Below, piece by piece: positions 59,120 to 64,000 of a stretch of DNA of 64,000 bases. The stretch lies in assembly GCF_009914755.1 (NCBI RefSeq), contig NC_060925.1, one strand, 5' to 3'. The notes under the pieces were generated by a model, which searched no databases, was not told where the DNA came from, and saw nothing but the letters and a program-made list of their open reading frames with translations. The stretch is from the human T2T-CHM13v2.0 reference genome, Homo sapiens. The translations under genes were made by a program, and so were the position numbers. How positions within the stretch are numbered: position 1 is the first letter of the stretch; every line of letters starts with the position of its first letter.

Positions 59120-61596
59120 GTGAGCTCTTGATCGTCCGCGGCCTGATAGTTTGCACTTGGCTCTCCCACTTTGGGGCTCCGTGGAAGCCACGTCAGAGAG
59201 GCTGTGTTTGTGTCTGAGCATGCATGCGAGTGGAGGGGAGTGGTGAGTAATCCCGCGTCTCCTCTCTGAGTTCGGAACCCATGGAGGAAGAAAGCAGAGG
59301 TGCCAGACAGGCCTCTGATAGGCACCTGCAGGATTGGGGCAGAGCGGCCGCAGCGCAGGAGCGCCGGCAAGCCTGGCCCTTCCCGGGAGGCCCCCTTTGT
59401 CCGGTTCCACCCTGGCCTGTTGCCTCACATGCAACAAGTGTCTGAATGTGGCGCTCTCCTGGCCGAGGGCAGCCCTGGGCGGTGAGTGGGATGACACCCC
59501 AGCCTGCAGGGTGCCTGTAGGTCTCCACCCAGATGGGCAGGATTGGAGGTGGCCGCAGCGCTCGTGGGCTTTCCCTCAGCAGGTGTCTCCATGCTGGCCT
59601 CCCCGCCTCAGGGCTTCATCCCACTCCGTGGGCCTGATCTCCCTGGGGCACCTGGGATGTCCATCTGCGTTAGCTGGAGCTACTCCATGGCCTGTGGCGT
59701 GCCACACACAGCGGCATTTCGGTGTCATTAGGCACAGCTGGAGGTGCAAGGAGGAGGGCAGCCTCATGTCCAGTTCCATGTAACTTGCTTCTTCTGAATA
59801 AAGGCAATTTGCTAACTTTCTCGCTAAATAGGATTTGGTTTCTATGGCTTTTAAAGCTTCTCCGATAAAATACTTGCAATAAGGGAACTCTCTCCTCCTA
59901 CACTCTCCTGACTGATGGTTCGGAAGTCCTCCTGCCCTCTGAGAGCTTGCAGTTTCTTGTGAAAAAGAGAAACTAAGCAGCAATAGAACAGACCCGGTGT
60001 CTGCTTGCGTGGTTAAGACGGTAAATGCTAAATGTGTGACACTGCCTTTAGAAACCATTTTCTCCAGCCTGGCTTGCTGGCTGCCCGTCTGGTTTGCTGT
60101 GTTGTGTCTCCAGTGGCTTTAGCTTCCAACAGGAAAGCCTGGTAGCCGAGCGAATCTGTGACCCAGGAAGTAGCAATTAAATGCCTGGGACGCTGCCTCG
60201 AGGCTGGTGTGTGCTCTGAGGTAAGTTCCGATTTGCCAAAGCACATCTGTCGATCTGTCGCCCGAGTCTTCACACCCTGACTGCCTCCATCATTTTAAAC
60301 ATCGGGAGCAGTTGCCTGCAGCGGGGTTCAGATGCCAGCCAGGGGCACAGCCTGTGAACTGTGGGTAGATGGCAAAGTCTAGCATTTCTGGCAAAGGAAA
60401 AAACATTTGGTAACTCTCTGAGTAAATTTCTGACTGAGATGAAGATACCCATTGTGGGGCAGCATCCTGAAGCGGAAGCCTGGGCTGTATGTTTCCAAGA
60501 GGAGGAGCAGGAGTGGCCACAGCCATGTACGCCACGATGTACACCAGGGGCTGCGTGGCCACAGCTCTGGTCTGCTGGTCTGCTCCCTGGAGCCCCTCCA
60601 CCAGTGCTGGGCTGTGGCTGTGGCTGTCTCTGGTTTGTCTTTCTGGGAAACCTTGGCCAGGTTGGTGTGAGGGCAGGGCTAGCCTTGGACATCTGCACTT
60701 CCCATAGCAGCCTCTGGCCCAGAGCTCACCCGCTGTGGGCAGGTGATCAGGGTGATCAGGTCCCACGGGTCCCCTCCTCTGCACCTGGAGCCTTGTGGGT
60801 GTAGAACAGAAAAATAGGAGGGGGCAACCCAGAGGCCTCCTGCTCTCCAGGAAGGAATGGATGCTGGACAGGTCCAGGGTGGAGGCAGAGGGAGTGAGGG
60901 GCCCTTGGGGGAACATCTGTCCTAGAGGGCTTGATTTCCAGGCTGCCCACCCCACTCCTACCCCTAATCTGGTGTTCCTCACCTGCCTCCAGGAAGTCCT
61001 CACCTGAGGTCTGCAGCGGGTGTGCCAAGCGCCAGCCCCACATCACCTGCTCCCAGGCCTGCCCAGGGGATGGGTCCTGTGGCCAGTACCCTCGGGGTCA
61101 GCTTGACCCAGACCCAGCCCAGAACCTGTCCCATGGCCCCAGGAGGACAGGATGGTCAGGGAAGCCCAAGGGATGAGCCCTTTTGTCCACAAGCTTCCCT
61201 CTGACATGGGCAGGCTGCTTGTGCGACCCCACAGCCCCCACCTCTCATGAACAATGGGAATGGGGCAGGCCCCTCGATGCTGGGCTGGATCCTCCCGCCC
61301 CTAAGCAGGTGCACTCTGTCCCCTTTGAGAAGAGACCAAGGGATACAAGTGCTGGGTCCTGGCGGGGTGCCCCTCCTCCCTGCCTGTGGGGGTCTCATTA
61401 CTGCCTCCTGCCCCCACCACAAACACCCCCTAGAGAGGCCTTCGGAGGCAGGTACTGAGCCCTGGGGCCAGGGTGCCAGGAGCCCAGTGGCAGGTCTTGG
61501 GTGACTGCTGGCCCTGGGGCAATGGTGAGAAAGCCAGGCAGGCAGCTGCAGGAAGGAGCTGAGGAGAAAGGCGGCAGAGCCTCAAAAGCTGCTGGC

Positions 61597-62019
<423 letters not shown>

Positions 62020-64000
62020 TCAGATGAGGCGGCCACTCCAGGGCAGTGCCATGCTGGACAGAAGGGACTGCCTTGGAAGTGGGACAGACCCCAGACCCTT
62101 GGGGTGGGGGCCCTGCAGGGGAGGCCTTGAGGAGGCGCCGGGTCTACAGGCCCCTGTGTGCTCACATCCCAGCCCCCGGGGAGAGGTGGGAGTGGGTGGG
62201 CGCACCCAGCTCCCCTGTCCAGGCTCGTCCCCCTTGTTGGGGCAGCCCTCAGCAAGTGGGGGGCTGGTTCCAGGCACAAGAAGTGAGGCCAGGGAGGAAG
62301 CCCTGCCTGTGTTCAGCCCAGTTGTGCCCCAACTCAGGTGGGCTTCCATGAGGGACAGCCTCTGGGAGGGTGGGGGTTTGTGGGCCAGGGCTGGAGAGCT
62401 GCCTGGCTGTGCTAAAAATACCGGGCATGCTGCAGACAGGTGCCAGTCTGGGGCACAGGCTACCCTGTCTCAGGCTGATGGCCTTGGCACTCCACCCCAC
62501 TGCCCCTGTGACGCGGGGGCCGCCAAGGCTTGGTCTTGATTCCCAGAGGCCCTGCTGGTGACCTCCCCGACATCTCTGCCCTCTGCCCATCCCCCCAAGG
62601 GCAAGATTTGCCAAAGCACAGGACACATTGGCTCACACATGGGGCACCCTGCCCCTGTCTTTTTGGAAAGGTCCAATGGCATATGGCCAGCGGGTCGGGC
62701 AGGTGTGGCCGCTGGCCTGGGCTAAGCTGGCTGTGGCTGAGAGTCTGGGCGCAGAGACAGAAGGCGCCCCCTGCTGCAGAAGGATCACAGTGTGGGCTCA
62801 TGGCATTGGCTTTTTTGCGGTCCCAAGTCCTTCATCTCCATTGCCGGGCCCATCTCGGGGGTCGGCAGATGCGTGTCCCCTACTAGCAAAGACCTCCAGT
62901 CGGTTCTGCGGCTGCCTGTGATGAGCCCTGCTCTGGCTAAGTGGAGGTGTTTGGCAGGGAGGAGTCCCCGGCTTAGTGTGATTCCAGCTGTGGCCGATTC
63001 TGGTGGGATCCTGGCAAGGAGGAGGTTGCGTGTGGATCTGGTGGAGGTGGACGGCCTGGCAGGGGGTGGGGTCTGCAACCCTAAGGAGCAGTGCCCCTCT
63101 CACTTGTCCCCCCGCCAGCAGACTGCTGCGTCGGCCTCCCCGGCCTGTGCCATTCTGTGGCGAAGGTCCCTGTGTAGAGGAGGCTGGAGTGGGGGAGCTC
63201 AGCCCAGGCCATGCCTCACCCTTCTTGGGTGCTCCATGGGCAAAAGCTGAGGTCAGTTTGTGGATCCTGGGAGCAGGAACCCTGCAGAGCCTGCCCCCCA
63301 GCTGGTGGCAGAGCAGGCAGTGGGGAGCTGCTGGGGCAGGAGGGAGTGACCTCCCTCCAAGACAGCCCCCAGTGGGGATGGGAGGGTCTGCAGAGATCTG
63401 GAGAGTCAAGTGTCATGACCCAGGTGGGGCCATGGAGCTGGGCTGGCCGGTGGAACTGTGTCCACCTGGACATGCTCTGGGTGAGGCGCAGTCAGCGCTG
63501 GGATGGCTAGAAGCGGCCTGTGCTGGGCGGGTCCTCGGGACACAGGGGCTGCCGCTGTCACAGAAGCCTGGCACAGATTCTCTCTGGTTCTTATGTTTCA
63601 TTCATGCAGCCATTCAGTCAAAGCTGAAGCTGGTGGGGTCCTGGCCAAACAGGACGCAGCAGTGCACCACCTGGGGGCTGCCCTCAGAGGCCCCGCGAGG
63701 GGAATAGTGCCACAGGGGCCCATGGGGAGGGCCTGTGGGTCACCCTGGGTGGTGGGTGGGCTCCTGGCTCCGCGGGGCCTCCGAGGGCAAGGTGGGGTTT
63801 CTCTGGCTGCCGGCTGTGGAAGCCGCTCATGCGGAGGCCCAGCCGGGAGGCTGCAGGAGGCCGTGGGGAGGGCAGAGCCAGCTGCCTTCCCTGATGGCTG
63901 TGGAGCTGCCCACGGGACCCCTCTCCTTGTCTGGGGCTCACTGGTGCCACAGGAAAAGGAAGCCCCGGTGCTGGAGCCTGCCCTGGCCCAGGCCTTGGTG

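Overview
Human (primate) genomic DNA that is GC-rich and very Alu-dense. The gene order matches chromosome 1p36.33 as I recall it. Three host genes are supported. (1) SSU72, minus strand: coding exons 1-2 and a CpG-island promoter near 17.0-17.7 kb. (2) FNDC10, minus strand: single-exon CDS 41841-42521. (3) MIB2, plus strand: exons 1-2 at 57965-59119. The ORF track misses two processed pseudogenes that can be read at nucleotide level: a TMSB10 retrocopy in SSU72 intron 1 and an SRXN1 retrocopy at about 25.0-26.4 kb. The SSU72-FNDC10 interval contains a degraded minus-strand ERV1 provirus (about 18.0-31.3 kb). Nested in it are a MER52-like LTR, a HERV-K(HML-2) LTR5 solo LTR with a 6-bp TSD inside an Alu, the SRXN1 retrocopy and many Alus. 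Notable structures are a TSD-flanked inverted duplication of an Alu-unique-Alu cassette (30.4-32.3 kb), a U12-like donor on SSU72 exon 2 with an open read-through frame, a 2-kb T-poor GA/GACA repeat, and a 1.3-kb G-rich 20-mer array. I found no evidence for a new multi-gene system. Almost all ORFs in the track are Alu, repeat or GC-shadow artefacts. Gene and repeat-family names come from my recall of reference sequences, not from a database search.
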